From the IMG/VR virus record IMGVR_UViG_3300037631_001784, positions 1 to 32,079 of that record: a stretch of 32,079 nt of DNA. One strand, written 5' to 3'. The DNA is from a virus. Its lineage: Duplodnaviria; Caudoviricetes. Under the pieces are notes generated by a model, which saw nothing but the letters and a program-made list of their open reading frames with translations, ran no database searches and was not told the DNA's origin. Position numbers and translations under genes: made by a program. Positions 16,933 through 25,059 of this stretch are shown piece by piece (the first letter of the stretch is position 1; each line of letters opens with the position of its first letter).

Positions 16933-17043
16933 GTGTTACAGTGATACAGAAGTGATACAGCTACAGCCCTTGTCCCATAAGGGTTGTATCACTTGTACCG
17001 TTTGTATCACCATTTTCAAAAAAAATATTTTAAAAAATAAAAT
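16933..17043. repeat. Iteron-like 8-mers in opposed orientations around a palindrome, next to an AT-rich tract (putative origin or pac element)
   Basis: GTGTTACA 16933, GTGATACA 16941 and 16952; inverted TGTATCAC 16985 and 17003; central TACAGCCCTTGT-CCC-ATAAGGGTTGTA; A/T tract 17012-17043. Confidence 0.7.
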
Positions 17044-17076
17044 CTCACAGAAAACACTATTAGATAAATTATTTAG

Positions 17077-17104
17077 TTGACTATCAGATAAATCCCTATA
17101 AATT
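17077..17104 (+). promoter_or_regulatory. Putative early promoter with a TATCAGATA box
   Basis: TTGACT-16 nt-TAAATT; box at 17082-17090; GGAGG RBS before ATG 17144. Confidence 0.65.
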
Positions 17105-17143
17105 AGTATATAGTTTATCTTATTATATCGGAGGAAAATTGAT

Positions 17144-17401
17144 ATGACAACAGAAGCACAGAAGATTCAGGACATAGGTTCTTGGACCGAGGACGGAGAT
17201 TTCTTTATCGAGTTGCACGGTTCAATCTGTTTGGTCCGCCCACAGAATGACCATGCGTCTGATTGGTTGGCTGAAGAATCGCGGTCCGCGTATGAGGCTG
17301 GTTCTGAATGGCAGTTCTTTGGCAATGCCTTGGCTGTTGAGCCTCGGTACTTGGACAATGTTTTAGGTTTATTAAATGCAGAAGGTTGGAGGGTAAGCTA
17401 A
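17144..17401 (+). CDS. Hypothetical early protein (85 aa)
   Basis: GGAGG RBS; first gene of a coupled operon. Confidence 0.8.
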   Translation: MTTEAQKIQDIGSWTEDGDFFIELHGSICLVRPQNDHASDWLAEESRSAYEAGSEWQFFGNALAVEPRYLDNVLGLLNAEGWRVS

Positions 17402-17586
17402 TGGCTATTTTTAAAGTAAATGTTAGCCGAATTTGTTTGCATGAAACTTCGGTGATTGCTGACTCTGAGGCGGAGGCCAAGGAAATTTTCTTCAGAAATT
17501 GGTATGCTGGGGAATGTTACAAAGATTTATATGAAGATGAGTTTGAAAGGTTCAGTGTTGAAAAACAGGTGGTGGACAATGGGTAA
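17401..17586 (+). CDS. Small protein with a V-x-A-x-S-E-x-E-A motif, DpnD/PcfM-like (61 aa)
   Basis: TAATG start with GGAGG RBS; FKVNV...SVIADSEAEAKE. Confidence 0.7.
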   Translation: MAIFKVNVSRICLHETSVIADSEAEAKEIFFRNWYAGECYKDLYEDEFERFSVEKQVVDNG

Positions 17587-17776
17587 GCTATCTATTACTG
17601 AGCGCATCAGGAAGGTGGAGCATTGGCGAGAGATGGCACTGGATGCCTCGCCGCCACCCTCCCTTGATAAGAGTATGCGGCGGCGGTGGTATGATGCACA
17701 GCGTCAGAAGATTGAAACACACACCAAAGAATTAGATAAATTATATAAAGAAATGGAGCGAAACAATGGGAACTAG
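17579..17776 (+). CDS. Hypothetical early protein (65 aa)
   Basis: Start moved to MGKLSITERIRK, overlapping the previous stop. Confidence 0.65.
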   Translation: MGKLSITERIRKVEHWREMALDASPPPSLDKSMRRRWYDAQRQKIETHTKELDKLYKEMERNNGN

Positions 17777-18191
17777 AGCAGTATATTTTTTCTATGATGA
17801 AGATTTTCAAGATTTATATGGTGTTTACAAGCACTATGATAACTATCCATCAGGTGCGGCATCTCATATTGAGGCGGCAAAAGAATATGCATGGCAGTTG
17901 CCGAGGTTTGAGGCTGATGAATTTGCGGCGGCTTTTGTTGCGGCGAACAAGAACCCTAACGGTGGTGAGTGCAGGCTGATAGGTTTGTTTAATCATGACT
18001 CGGTGCCTTCTGTAATGGAGGAGCAAAGTTTCTGTGATTATTATTATTATGTGAGCTACAGCCAAAAAGATGAGGACCTCAAGGTGGAGATTCTTGAAAG
18101 TAATTATGATGAGGAGCTTGAGGAAACAATCTGGAGAGAGACTGGCAGGATGACACACTCTGTAATGAAGAGGGGCTTTGAAGATGGGTAA
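17766..18191 (+). CDS. Hypothetical phage protein (141 aa)
   Basis: MGTRA...VYKHYDNYPSG...YYYYV, a pattern common in small phage proteins; GGAG RBS. Confidence 0.8.
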   Translation: MGTRAVYFFYDEDFQDLYGVYKHYDNYPSGAASHIEAAKEYAWQLPRFEADEFAAAFVAANKNPNGGECRLIGLFNHDSVPSVMEEQSFCDYYYYVSYSQKDEDLKVEILESNYDEELEETIWRETGRMTHSVMKRGFEDG

Positions 18192-18468
18192 GCTCAAACA
18201 GGAAATGATTGCCATCATGGATGAGGCCATTGAAGAAGGCGAGTTGCACGGAGATGGTACAAGGTTCACGCGGCATTCAACCATTGACCTTGAGTGGCAT
18301 GAGGTAGGGGATTTTATCTTCAAGCTTCGGGACATCTACAAGCTACAGGGCAGGGATATATCTGAGGTAAATGCCTACTCGATAAGTGGTGTGGATCCAA
18401 TAACAGAGCAGGTCTATGGTCCGAGGGAACAGGGCATAGAAATTAAGTGGAGGGAATCAGATGTCTGA
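18184..18468 (+). CDS. Hypothetical early protein (94 aa)
   Basis: Overlaps both neighbours; protein-like composition. Confidence 0.7.
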   Translation: MGKLKQEMIAIMDEAIEEGELHGDGTRFTRHSTIDLEWHEVGDFIFKLRDIYKLQGRDISEVNAYSISGVDPITEQVYGPREQGIEIKWRESDV

Positions 18469-18868
18469 TGTATGGACCTTTAAGGATTTAACAACGGCCC
18501 CTAAGAAAGTTTTGAAGGGCCATGAGAAAGCCATGAAGCATTTCGCAGAAAACTTGCCGAAAGATTATAAAAATTATACTCCTCCGAAAGGGTATAGGCA
18601 CAAGAGATATCACAACCCGAAGGGTCATCAGCTTCCGAGGGTTGGTTCTGAAGTGTCTTTGAAAGGGGAGTTTGTGACAGTGCTGGCAAAAGATAAAGCA
18701 CAGTTTGTTGATTTTTCTAGGACCGACAAGGTTGTAAATGTTTTGTTTGTAAGCTGGGGCAAAGACCCAAATACAAAAACTCAGGCTCGATTTACATGGG
18801 AAAATTTTGACAAGCAAACAGGTTTTATACGGAGGGAAGCAGATGCCGATACCAACAATAAAGATTGA
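18461..18868 (+). CDS. Hypothetical basic protein (135 aa)
   Basis: GGAGG RBS, overlapping start. Confidence 0.75.
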   Translation: MSDVWTFKDLTTAPKKVLKGHEKAMKHFAENLPKDYKNYTPPKGYRHKRYHNPKGHQLPRVGSEVSLKGEFVTVLAKDKAQFVDFSRTDKVVNVLFVSWGKDPNTKTQARFTWENFDKQTGFIRREADADTNNKD

Positions 18869-19226
18869 GTATACGCCAAGCTGGGATAGCTGGGCGGAGA
18901 TTGCCGAGGCCGTATGGGTCACGGCTCTTGAGGGCGGCTGTAATTATTGGATGGATTACATCCATACTGGCGGCAACAACTTGAAACAGGGGCAGGATAT
19001 CATCGGGGATTTTCCTATCATAGTTCACTATGGTGATGAGGGCTGGGGCGATGGTGAGTCTGAGACTATCTCGGCCCTTGCATTTAGTGTTGTTGTTGAT
19101 GGTATCAATGCACTGCCTGCAGAACTAAAGATGCAGATAGGCAACCCCAGCACATGTGACATCGATGCCGAGCAGGCTGACATGATTATTCAATTCGGAT
19201 TATTTGGGGAACAGGTTTATGGATAA
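18843..19226 (+). CDS. Hypothetical acidic protein (127 aa)
   Basis: Start moved to MPIPTIK after GGAGG; TALEGGCNYW...DIDAEQADMIIQFGLFGEQVYG. Confidence 0.8.
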   Translation: MPIPTIKIEYTPSWDSWAEIAEAVWVTALEGGCNYWMDYIHTGGNNLKQGQDIIGDFPIIVHYGDEGWGDGESETISALAFSVVVDGINALPAELKMQIGNPSTCDIDAEQADMIIQFGLFGEQVYG

Positions 19227-19449
19227 CAAGAAATTCGCGGCGGCGTTACGGCACTGGCAAAACTGCTTCGAGACTGGCACATGTCAGGACGAGTATGCAG
19301 ACGAGATAGCATACATCCTTGCAGATAAGGCGCATGACATAGAGATGGATGTTTTAAGACAACGTATTGAGGACAGGAAAAAATGCGTTGAGCGTCATGC
19401 TCTGTCGAACAAGCTAATATCTAAGGCAATTAAATCAGGGAGGGTGTAG
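19219..19449 (+). CDS. Hypothetical protein (76 aa)
   Basis: Start MDNKKF overlaps the previous stop. Confidence 0.65.
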   Translation: MDNKKFAAALRHWQNCFETGTCQDEYADEIAYILADKAHDIEMDVLRQRIEDRKKCVERHALSNKLISKAIKSGRV

Positions 19450-19453
19450 GTAA

Positions 19454-19828
19454 ATGGAAAAAGAATACAACATCAAAATAGACGCAAGCTTTTTCTGCGA
19501 TAAGAACTTCGTAATCTCGGCACCTAATGAGGAGATTGCAAAGGTGAGGGTTATGAAACTCTTGCACAATGAGTACCGTGAGCCGATGAGGAATAGGTTT
19601 GTGGACATGATTGAGGACCATGTTGATGTGGGGCATTGGACCTACAGCTTATCTCCGGTGTTCGATATTGTTTATTGTGAGGAAGAAGAGGAGGAGGAGG
19701 ACGTTACATTCGACAGCGTTGATTTAGAATTAGCCTGCCTGATTGATGACCCAGATGAAAACTGGCAGGCAGAAGTTGCAAAAATTAGAGCCCGATTGTG
19801 GGCATTACAAAAGAAGATGGGAGTATAG
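19454..19828 (+). CDS. Hypothetical acidic protein (124 aa)
   Basis: YNIKI...VISAPNEEIAKV motif; poly-Glu linker. Confidence 0.75.
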   Translation: MEKEYNIKIDASFFCDKNFVISAPNEEIAKVRVMKLLHNEYREPMRNRFVDMIEDHVDVGHWTYSLSPVFDIVYCEEEEEEEDVTFDSVDLELACLIDDPDENWQAEVAKIRARLWALQKKMGV

Positions 19829-19830
19829 TT

Positions 19831-20124
19831 ATGGGTAGACCAAAAAATATTGAGAACATGACACAAGAAGAGCGCATCGTATATTGGGAGAAGCGGCGTG
19901 AGCGCGAGGCTTTTGCTAGACTGGAAACTTTCAATGCCTTATCCGCTGACCAGCGGCAGGCGGTGAAGGATTTATATGACAAGCTGGACAGTGTGTTGGA
20001 CACGGTTTTATATCCTGAGAACGGCGGGATTAAATATGTCACCGCGTTTGAGTTGCAGGAGCTTGCTGATGCTAATGATACGTTAAGGTTTAACTTTAAT
20101 CTGGATGTAAGGGAAAATGGATAA
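19831..20124 (+). CDS. Hypothetical protein (97 aa)
   Basis: Start moved to MGRPKNIENMT after GGAG. Confidence 0.75.
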   Translation: MGRPKNIENMTQEERIVYWEKRREREAFARLETFNALSADQRQAVKDLYDKLDSVLDTVLYPENGGIKYVTAFELQELADANDTLRFNFNLDVRENG

Positions 20125-20432
20125 TGGCTGAGTATTCTGTAGCAAAGAACATCGAGGAGCATGCTTCAGTGGTGAAAGATTTTTGTGAAAACATCCCTGC
20201 AAACAGAGGTGAGTGGAGCCCACCGATTGGGTACATGCTGGAGTCGGATAGCTATCATCACTCCAGAAAAAGAAGAACCATAGGTGCATACGCGGACCGT
20301 GTTGGTTCTTCCAAAACAGTGAGAGGTGTTAAGTGGAGGGCAATAGCCAAGGCTAGAGCAACTTGGCATTTCAATGGCAAAGGTAGAAACTATAAAGTTT
20401 ACACCACAATTTTATGGGCGGAGGAGAATTAA
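20124..20432 (+). CDS. Hypothetical protein (102 aa)
   Basis: TAATG coupling. Confidence 0.7.
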   Translation: MAEYSVAKNIEEHASVVKDFCENIPANRGEWSPPIGYMLESDSYHHSRKRRTIGAYADRVGSSKTVRGVKWRAIAKARATWHFNGKGRNYKVYTTILWAEEN

Positions 20433-20434
20433 TA

Positions 20435-20824
20435 ATGCCTAGAGTATACATAGAATGGGAGTGGCCCGAAGCGTTCGACAAGTTCGGGTTCGGGGACGGA
20501 GATGCATGGAACGGTACGCATGAGGTTGAGGGCGAGATTGAAAAGCTTGGCTATACCTGCGAGACTGATAGCTGGGGCTGTCATAACTACATGATACTGG
20601 ACATCTTGAAGGACGGGAAGTCTATCCTGTTTAACAAGGACAACAAAGGTATCTTGGATGATTGGAAGCCGGAGATAGTTCAAAGGATCAAGGACCGAGG
20701 TGCTGCGGACAGGGCCCCAGAATCACTGGGCTATGAAGATCCACTGCGGTATCTACCGGATGATATCATTCAGCATCTGGACAAAATTTTTGATTATGAA
20801 TGGGAGGATAGTTACTATGCTTAA
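20435..20824 (+). CDS. Hypothetical protein (129 aa)
   Basis: Start moved to MPRVYIEW after GGAGGAG; WPEAFDKFGFGDGD, WGCHN, LGYEDP motifs. Confidence 0.8.
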   Translation: MPRVYIEWEWPEAFDKFGFGDGDAWNGTHEVEGEIEKLGYTCETDSWGCHNYMILDILKDGKSILFNKDNKGILDDWKPEIVQRIKDRGAADRAPESLGYEDPLRYLPDDIIQHLDKIFDYEWEDSYYA

Positions 20825-21101
20825 AAGAACATGGGAACTGGTGATGAACAGCGATAAGAATCCGTTGAAGCATATACCGGACAACAATACAAGGCATTTG
20901 GTAATGCAGTTATTGGCTTGGATGTGGTGTATTATATTTTCTTTATACCTTGGGAGCATCACGGCTTTTGGTATTAGCGCATCGATACACGCGCTGTTGA
21001 TTGCTGGGGTATTTATAACATTGGGTGTGTTTGAAACAGCCAAGCGCAGGCCGAGCTATTTCGGTGGATTGGGTAGAGGTAACGGAGGTGAGCATGACTA
21101 A
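20817..21101 (+). CDS. Two-TM membrane protein (94 aa)
   Basis: Start MLKRTWEL after GGAGG; NPLKHIPD...LAWMWCIIFSLYLGS...HALLIAGVFIT. Confidence 0.8.
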   Translation: MLKRTWELVMNSDKNPLKHIPDNNTRHLVMQLLAWMWCIIFSLYLGSITAFGISASIHALLIAGVFITLGVFETAKRRPSYFGGLGRGNGGEHD

Positions 21102-21399
21102 ACTAAAGACTTCGACTGCATACAAGTCAAAGGCGACGAACTACGAAGTAACTATCATTGCAGAATATACACGGGTATTGAACGTGGTTGCTGTCGATGA
21201 GGAAGAGGCGAAGGAAATAGCAGAGAACAGGACACGCGTTAAGACTGCTGTCATGACTAGGCTTGGGTATAGTATTGGTGACGTTGAAGCTATCGATGCA
21301 CAGGAAAAAGAATTTATAGGATTGAATTATGGATACAGAAGCAGAGCGCAAAAGCGAAAAGGCACAAGTCCTGATACAGGAGTTGATGATAGCCTTTGA
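21094..21399 (+). CDS. DpnD/PcfM-like small protein (101 aa)
   Basis: Start MTKLKT after GGAGGT; YEVTI...NVVAVDEEEAKEIA. Confidence 0.7.
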   Translation: MTKLKTSTAYKSKATNYEVTIIAEYTRVLNVVAVDEEEAKEIAENRTRVKTAVMTRLGYSIGDVEAIDAQEKEFIGLNYGYRSRAQKRKGTSPDTGVDDSL

Positions 21400-21616
21400 G
21401 AAGATGGAGTTGGACCCTGATTTCGCGGCTTATATACTGGTGTCCGCAGGTTGTGGGCTGGCTGTTTCTGCGAACAGAGACTCTTCGGTTGTTGCTACTC
21501 AGTTGATAGCATCAGCCATGATTATGGCTAACAAGCAGGTTCTTATGACTGATGTTGAGGACCCAGAGGAAGAAGAAGAGGAGGACTACAACTATGACTG
21601 CAACACGAAACACTGA
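21329..21616 (+). CDS. Hypothetical protein (95 aa)
   Basis: Helical core with an acidic tail. Confidence 0.65.
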   Translation: MDTEAERKSEKAQVLIQELMIAFEKMELDPDFAAYILVSAGCGLAVSANRDSSVVATQLIASAMIMANKQVLMTDVEDPEEEEEEDYNYDCNTKH

Positions 21617-21971
21617 TGTGGGGGACGGGTCTATGCAAAAGCGGTTGGACGCAGGCCGTTGTCCTAGATGTGATTCCGTTCTTAACCTACACATGGCTGA
21701 TGGCATGGTCAGGTGCGGTATCTGTAAATTACAAATAGTTGACGGTATCTCTCTTGCTGGTACTGTAGAAGATAAGGAGACTGACATGCATGAAACACAT
21801 TTAATACCTGACGTAAAAGACATCTGCGATTCTGACCAGAAGATGGAGTGGTCCGAGGCTGTTAATATTGTGGAGCAAGTGATAGAACAATGGCTAATGG
21901 ATCCAGAGCCTGTAGACGAGGCAAAGGAAAATGAAGTGAGGTCAGCATGGCAGAGAATTTTGGCGGGATGA
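21594..21971 (+). CDS. Zn-ribbon protein (125 aa) with an in-frame internal start
   Basis: CPRC...CGIC; GGAGGA RBS; second RBS AAGGAG before in-frame ATG 21786. Confidence 0.65.
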   Translation: MTATRNTDVGDGSMQKRLDAGRCPRCDSVLNLHMADGMVRCGICKLQIVDGISLAGTVEDKETDMHETHLIPDVKDICDSDQKMEWSEAVNIVEQVIEQWLMDPEPVDEAKENEVRSAWQRILAG

Positions 21972-22123
21972 ACAGACTGATTAGGGTTCTTGAAGAAGAA
22001 CATGTAGAGCTAGAGTCAGCAGGTATGTTTGATGAGGCCGACCACCTAATGCAGAGAATTATAACTTATCGTGACATGAGAGCACGGGCACACAAGGTAG
22101 CGGCGGATCTAAATAATGACTGA
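21968..22123 (+). CDS. Small hypothetical protein (51 aa), not in the ORF track
   Basis: ATGA coupling; MNRLIRVLEEEHVELESAGMFDEADHLMQRII...; fills the gap. Confidence 0.65.
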   Translation: MNRLIRVLEEEHVELESAGMFDEADHLMQRIITYRDMRARAHKVAADLNND

Positions 22124-22346
22124 TGATAATGTAGTATATCTAAACAACAAACTTAAACTATCCGTGGACCCAGTTCCGGCAGTCTGCGAGGTGGCAGGCA
22201 AGATACTGAGTGATGTTGTTATAGTTGGTGAGGCAGAGGATGGGACTATCAAGATGATAACTACCCAGCCTGATGCCGCTGAGATACTATACTATCTGGA
22301 GACTGCTAGGTATTCACTAATGTCTGGAGACATGGACGAAGATTAA
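22116..22346 (+). CDS. Hypothetical protein (76 aa)
   Basis: MTDDNVVYL...DVVIVG...EILYYLE. Confidence 0.75.
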   Translation: MTDDNVVYLNNKLKLSVDPVPAVCEVAGKILSDVVIVGEAEDGTIKMITTQPDAAEILYYLETARYSLMSGDMDED

Positions 22347-22358
22347 GATGAGGGGCAA

Positions 22359-23813
22359 ATGTTTAAATACAAGACAAAGCCATACGCGCACCAAGAGGTT
22401 GCGTTACAGAAGTCGTATGATAAAAAAAATTACGGCTACTTTATGGAGATGGGGTGTGGAAAATCGAAGGTTCTTATCGATAATATCACTTGGCTCTATG
22501 AGAATAAGAAGATTGACACCGCTGTTGTTGTTGCACCCAAAGGTGTGTACCGCAACTGGGAGGTATCAGAAATACCAACTCACCTTCCAGAGGACATTGA
22601 ACACGAGGTCTATGTTTGGAATCCAAACCCAAAGAAGAATCAGCGGGAGCACTTATCCGCAGGGGTTAGTCAGCGTGACAAGCTCCGCATCTTGCTGGTC
22701 AATGTTGAAGGGTTCGCAACAGCCAAGGTTAAGAAATACTTGGATTTATTTACACAAGGTTCGGCTTACCTACTTGCAGTTGATGAGAGCACAACTATTA
22801 AAAACCCGAAGGCCAAGCGGACTAAGGCTCTGGTTGGACTTGGTCAAACAGCCGCGTACAAGCGTATCCTTACCGGATCGCCCGTTACTAAATCGCCTAT
22901 GGATCTCTACGCGCAATGCGGATTCATGGACAAGGAGTTGCTTGGCTTCGACAGCTACTACTCCTTCCAGGGGAGGTACGCTATCACACGCACTCAGCGC
23001 ATGGGTTCGCACAGCTTTCAGCAGATTGTGGGGTACAGAAACCTCGACGAACTATCAACAAGGCTAAACTACTTTTCATATCGAGTGACAAAAGAAGATG
23101 CATTAGACCTACCTGATAAGGTCTACACTATTAGAGAAGTAGGAGTTACTGATGAGCAGTACAAATACTATCAGTCATTGAAGAGTGCTGCGATTGCTTT
23201 GCTTGATGAAGGCCAGCTAGTGTCTGCCCCTGCCGTGATGACACAACTACTTCGACTGCAACAGGTACTATGTGGTCACATCATGACAGATGATGGTGAG
23301 CTAGTAGAGTTTCCGACTCGGCGTATCGATGCCCTTCTGGACACAGTGCAGGAGATGTCCGGCAAAGTAATCATCTGGTCACGGTTCCGCTATGACATCA
23401 AGAAGATTGAGGCTGAGTTAGCCAAGGTTCATGGTCCGAGTTCCGTGGTCACATATTATGGGGACACCAGTGATGATGACAGGCAGACAGCGGTCAGAAG
23501 ATTTCAGTTCGAGGATGCTAGGTTTTTTGTAGCTAACCCACAGACAGCAGGCTATGGCCTAACACTAACGGCGGCGACCAATGTAATCTACTATGCCAAT
23601 GACTTTAATCTTGAGACGAGGGTTCAGTCTGAGGATCGGGCGCATCGAATAGGCCAGAAGCATTCGGTGACCTATGTGGATTTGGTATCGAAGGGGACAG
23701 TTGATGTTCATATAGTGAAGTCTCTTCGGGATAAGATCGACTTGTCCGCGAAGACCCTTGGAGAAGAAGCTCGTCAATGGTTGGAACTGGACCCCCGGAA
23801 AAGTGACGATTAG
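22359..23813 (+). CDS. SNF2-family (SF2) helicase/ATPase (484 aa)
   Basis: PYAHQ, MEMGCGKS (motif I), VDES (II), LTGSP (III), GYGLTL (V), QSEDRAHRIGQ (VI). Confidence 0.95.
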   Translation: MFKYKTKPYAHQEVALQKSYDKKNYGYFMEMGCGKSKVLIDNITWLYENKKIDTAVVVAPKGVYRNWEVSEIPTHLPEDIEHEVYVWNPNPKKNQREHLSAGVSQRDKLRILLVNVEGFATAKVKKYLDLFTQGSAYLLAVDESTTIKNPKAKRTKALVGLGQTAAYKRILTGSPVTKSPMDLYAQCGFMDKELLGFDSYYSFQGRYAITRTQRMGSHSFQQIVGYRNLDELSTRLNYFSYRVTKEDALDLPDKVYTIREVGVTDEQYKYYQSLKSAAIALLDEGQLVSAPAVMTQLLRLQQVLCGHIMTDDGELVEFPTRRIDALLDTVQEMSGKVIIWSRFRYDIKKIEAELAKVHGPSSVVTYYGDTSDDDRQTAVRRFQFEDARFFVANPQTAGYGLTLTAATNVIYYANDFNLETRVQSEDRAHRIGQKHSVTYVDLVSKGTVDVHIVKSLRDKIDLSAKTLGEEARQWLELDPRKSDD

Positions 23814-24156
23814 ATGTCTGTTGTTCTGCATACTTGGCGGCATTATTATTTGGATTACGGGATAGCTGGTGTGGATACAAAGCACAGATGTTTTCTTCGA
23901 GGTCTACATATAACAGGCGAACGCCCAGCTTTAGCTGGTTGGGCTTTAACATTCGAGAGATTATAGACCCATTCTTTCTGCGGCCTACAGTCTTTACGTC
24001 AAACAAAAAAAGCTCCCCATTGGGAGCTAGTGCAATCAAATCTATCGGGCCTTGCTCGATGAAAGGAGAGTAGACATAGCAGTCTTGGGACACCAACCAA
24101 GCGGCGGCTATAAGTTCAGATCTTTTTCCGTCACGAATCTGATGAGCAGGTCTCAT
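23605..24156 (-). CDS. PD-(D/E)XK endonuclease, free-standing homing-endonuclease-like (183 aa)
   Basis: GKRSELIAAAWL...GPIDLIA...LFDVKT; the C-terminal third overlaps the helicase antisense. Confidence 0.7.
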   Translation of the reverse strand: MRPAHQIRDGKRSELIAAAWLVSQDCYVYSPFIEQGPIDLIALAPNGELFLFDVKTVGRRKNGSIISRMLKPNQLKLGVRLLYVDLEENICALYPHQLSRNPNNNAAKYAEQQTSNRHFSGGPVPTIDELLLQGSSRTSRSYPEETSLYEHQLSPSIPNPHRSPNASGLFDAPDPQTEPSSQD

Positions 24157-24190
24157 ACTTAAAAGCCTTTCAGATAAAAAAGTTTATTCA

Positions 24191-24232
24191 CCTATATATT
24201 ACTTGACTATCAAATAATATATAGGCTATTTT
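24191..24232 (+). promoter_or_regulatory. Putative promoter inside a 35-bp imperfect palindrome
   Basis: CCTATATATT (24191-24200) / AATATATAGG (24216-24225) arms; TTGACT-18 nt-TATTTT; shares TTGACTATCARATAA with the 17077 promoter. Confidence 0.6.
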
Positions 24233-24268
24233 AAAAACCGTAACACATTAGTAATAAGGGAACAACTG

Positions 24269-24412
24269 ATGGACATGAAGAAATGGAAATCCATAGCTAT
24301 CACTGTTGATGTGTATGAAATTATACGCCAGCAGGCTGAGAAGAATGACAGAAGTGTTAGTAAGCAGTTGGCGCACATAGTAAAACAAAGCGCTAAAGAA
24401 AAAGCTGCTTGA
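24269..24412 (+). CDS. Ribbon-helix-helix (Arc/CopG-like) DNA-binding protein (47 aa), not in the ORF track
   Basis: MDMKKWKSIAITVDVYEIIRQQAEKNDRSVSKQLAHIVKQSAKEKAA: alternating strand KSIAI, helix A, RS-V-S turn, helix B; AAGGG RBS. Confidence 0.75.
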   Translation: MDMKKWKSIAITVDVYEIIRQQAEKNDRSVSKQLAHIVKQSAKEKAA

Positions 24413-24487
24413 CATACCTCTGGGGAGTGGGTCTATACTCTCCACCTGACCCGAAGGGGTTAAACTTTAACGTAACAGGAGTGTACG

Positions 24488-25054
24488 ATGAGCGATGTGT
24501 TTTCGCTATTTGATGAGGAAGTCGATGCCGATAAGTTCGACAAAGTAACTACTGATACAGGCTCCCGCCTGTCTCATTTGATCCGTGAGTCAAAGAAGAT
24601 TGACGATGAGATTGCTCAAGCCGAGCAGTATCTCAAGGACTTAAAGTTTAAGAAAAGAAAAGTGAACGAGGATGACATCCCTAACCTGATGCAGGAAATG
24701 GGTATGGATTCTGTGACTGTCGATGGCAACAAGGTTGCTCTTCGCCAGTTCGTTCATGCGCGTATCCCAGATGAGAAGAGAGACGAGGCATACACATGGC
24801 TACGTTCTATCGGTGAGGGGGATATCATTAAGAACGATGTAACCATCTCATTCAAGTCTGGAGAAGACAACATGGCAACTGCCGTGGTTGAGGATCTGCG
24901 TGGTCAGTATGGGCTGGAGCCAGCGCAGAAGACACACATCCATGCACAGACTTTGAAGGCATGGGCCAAGGGCCGTATTGAAAGCGGCAAGGAAATTGAC
25001 TTTGACACATTCGGTATCTTTGTGGGGACCGAAGCTAAAATTACAAGGAGCTAA
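24488..25054 (+). CDS. Conserved replication/recombination-module protein (188 aa)
   Basis: AGGAG RBS; coiled-coil then IPNLMQEMG, AYTWLR...GDIIKN, IHAQTLKAW; precedes the SSB-like gene. Confidence 0.8.
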   Translation: MSDVFSLFDEEVDADKFDKVTTDTGSRLSHLIRESKKIDDEIAQAEQYLKDLKFKKRKVNEDDIPNLMQEMGMDSVTVDGNKVALRQFVHARIPDEKRDEAYTWLRSIGEGDIIKNDVTISFKSGEDNMATAVVEDLRGQYGLEPAQKTHIHAQTLKAWAKGRIESGKEIDFDTFGIFVGTEAKITRS

Positions 25055-25059
25055 AGACT

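Noticed and set aside
15955-16944. 329-aa plus-strand ORF
   Set aside because: Antisense to the well-supported terS and nuclease genes; no RBS or recognisable motifs; likely a shadow ORF.
22348-23067. 239-aa alternate-frame ORF over the SNF2 helicase
   Set aside because: Arg/Leu/Ser-rich composition typical of an off-frame read; its first codons contain the helicase RBS. Long for chance, but no other support.
24409-24439. TTGACA...TATACT promoter upstream of the 24488 gene
   Set aside because: Good hexamers but a 19-nt spacer; possible, but not supported well enough to list.
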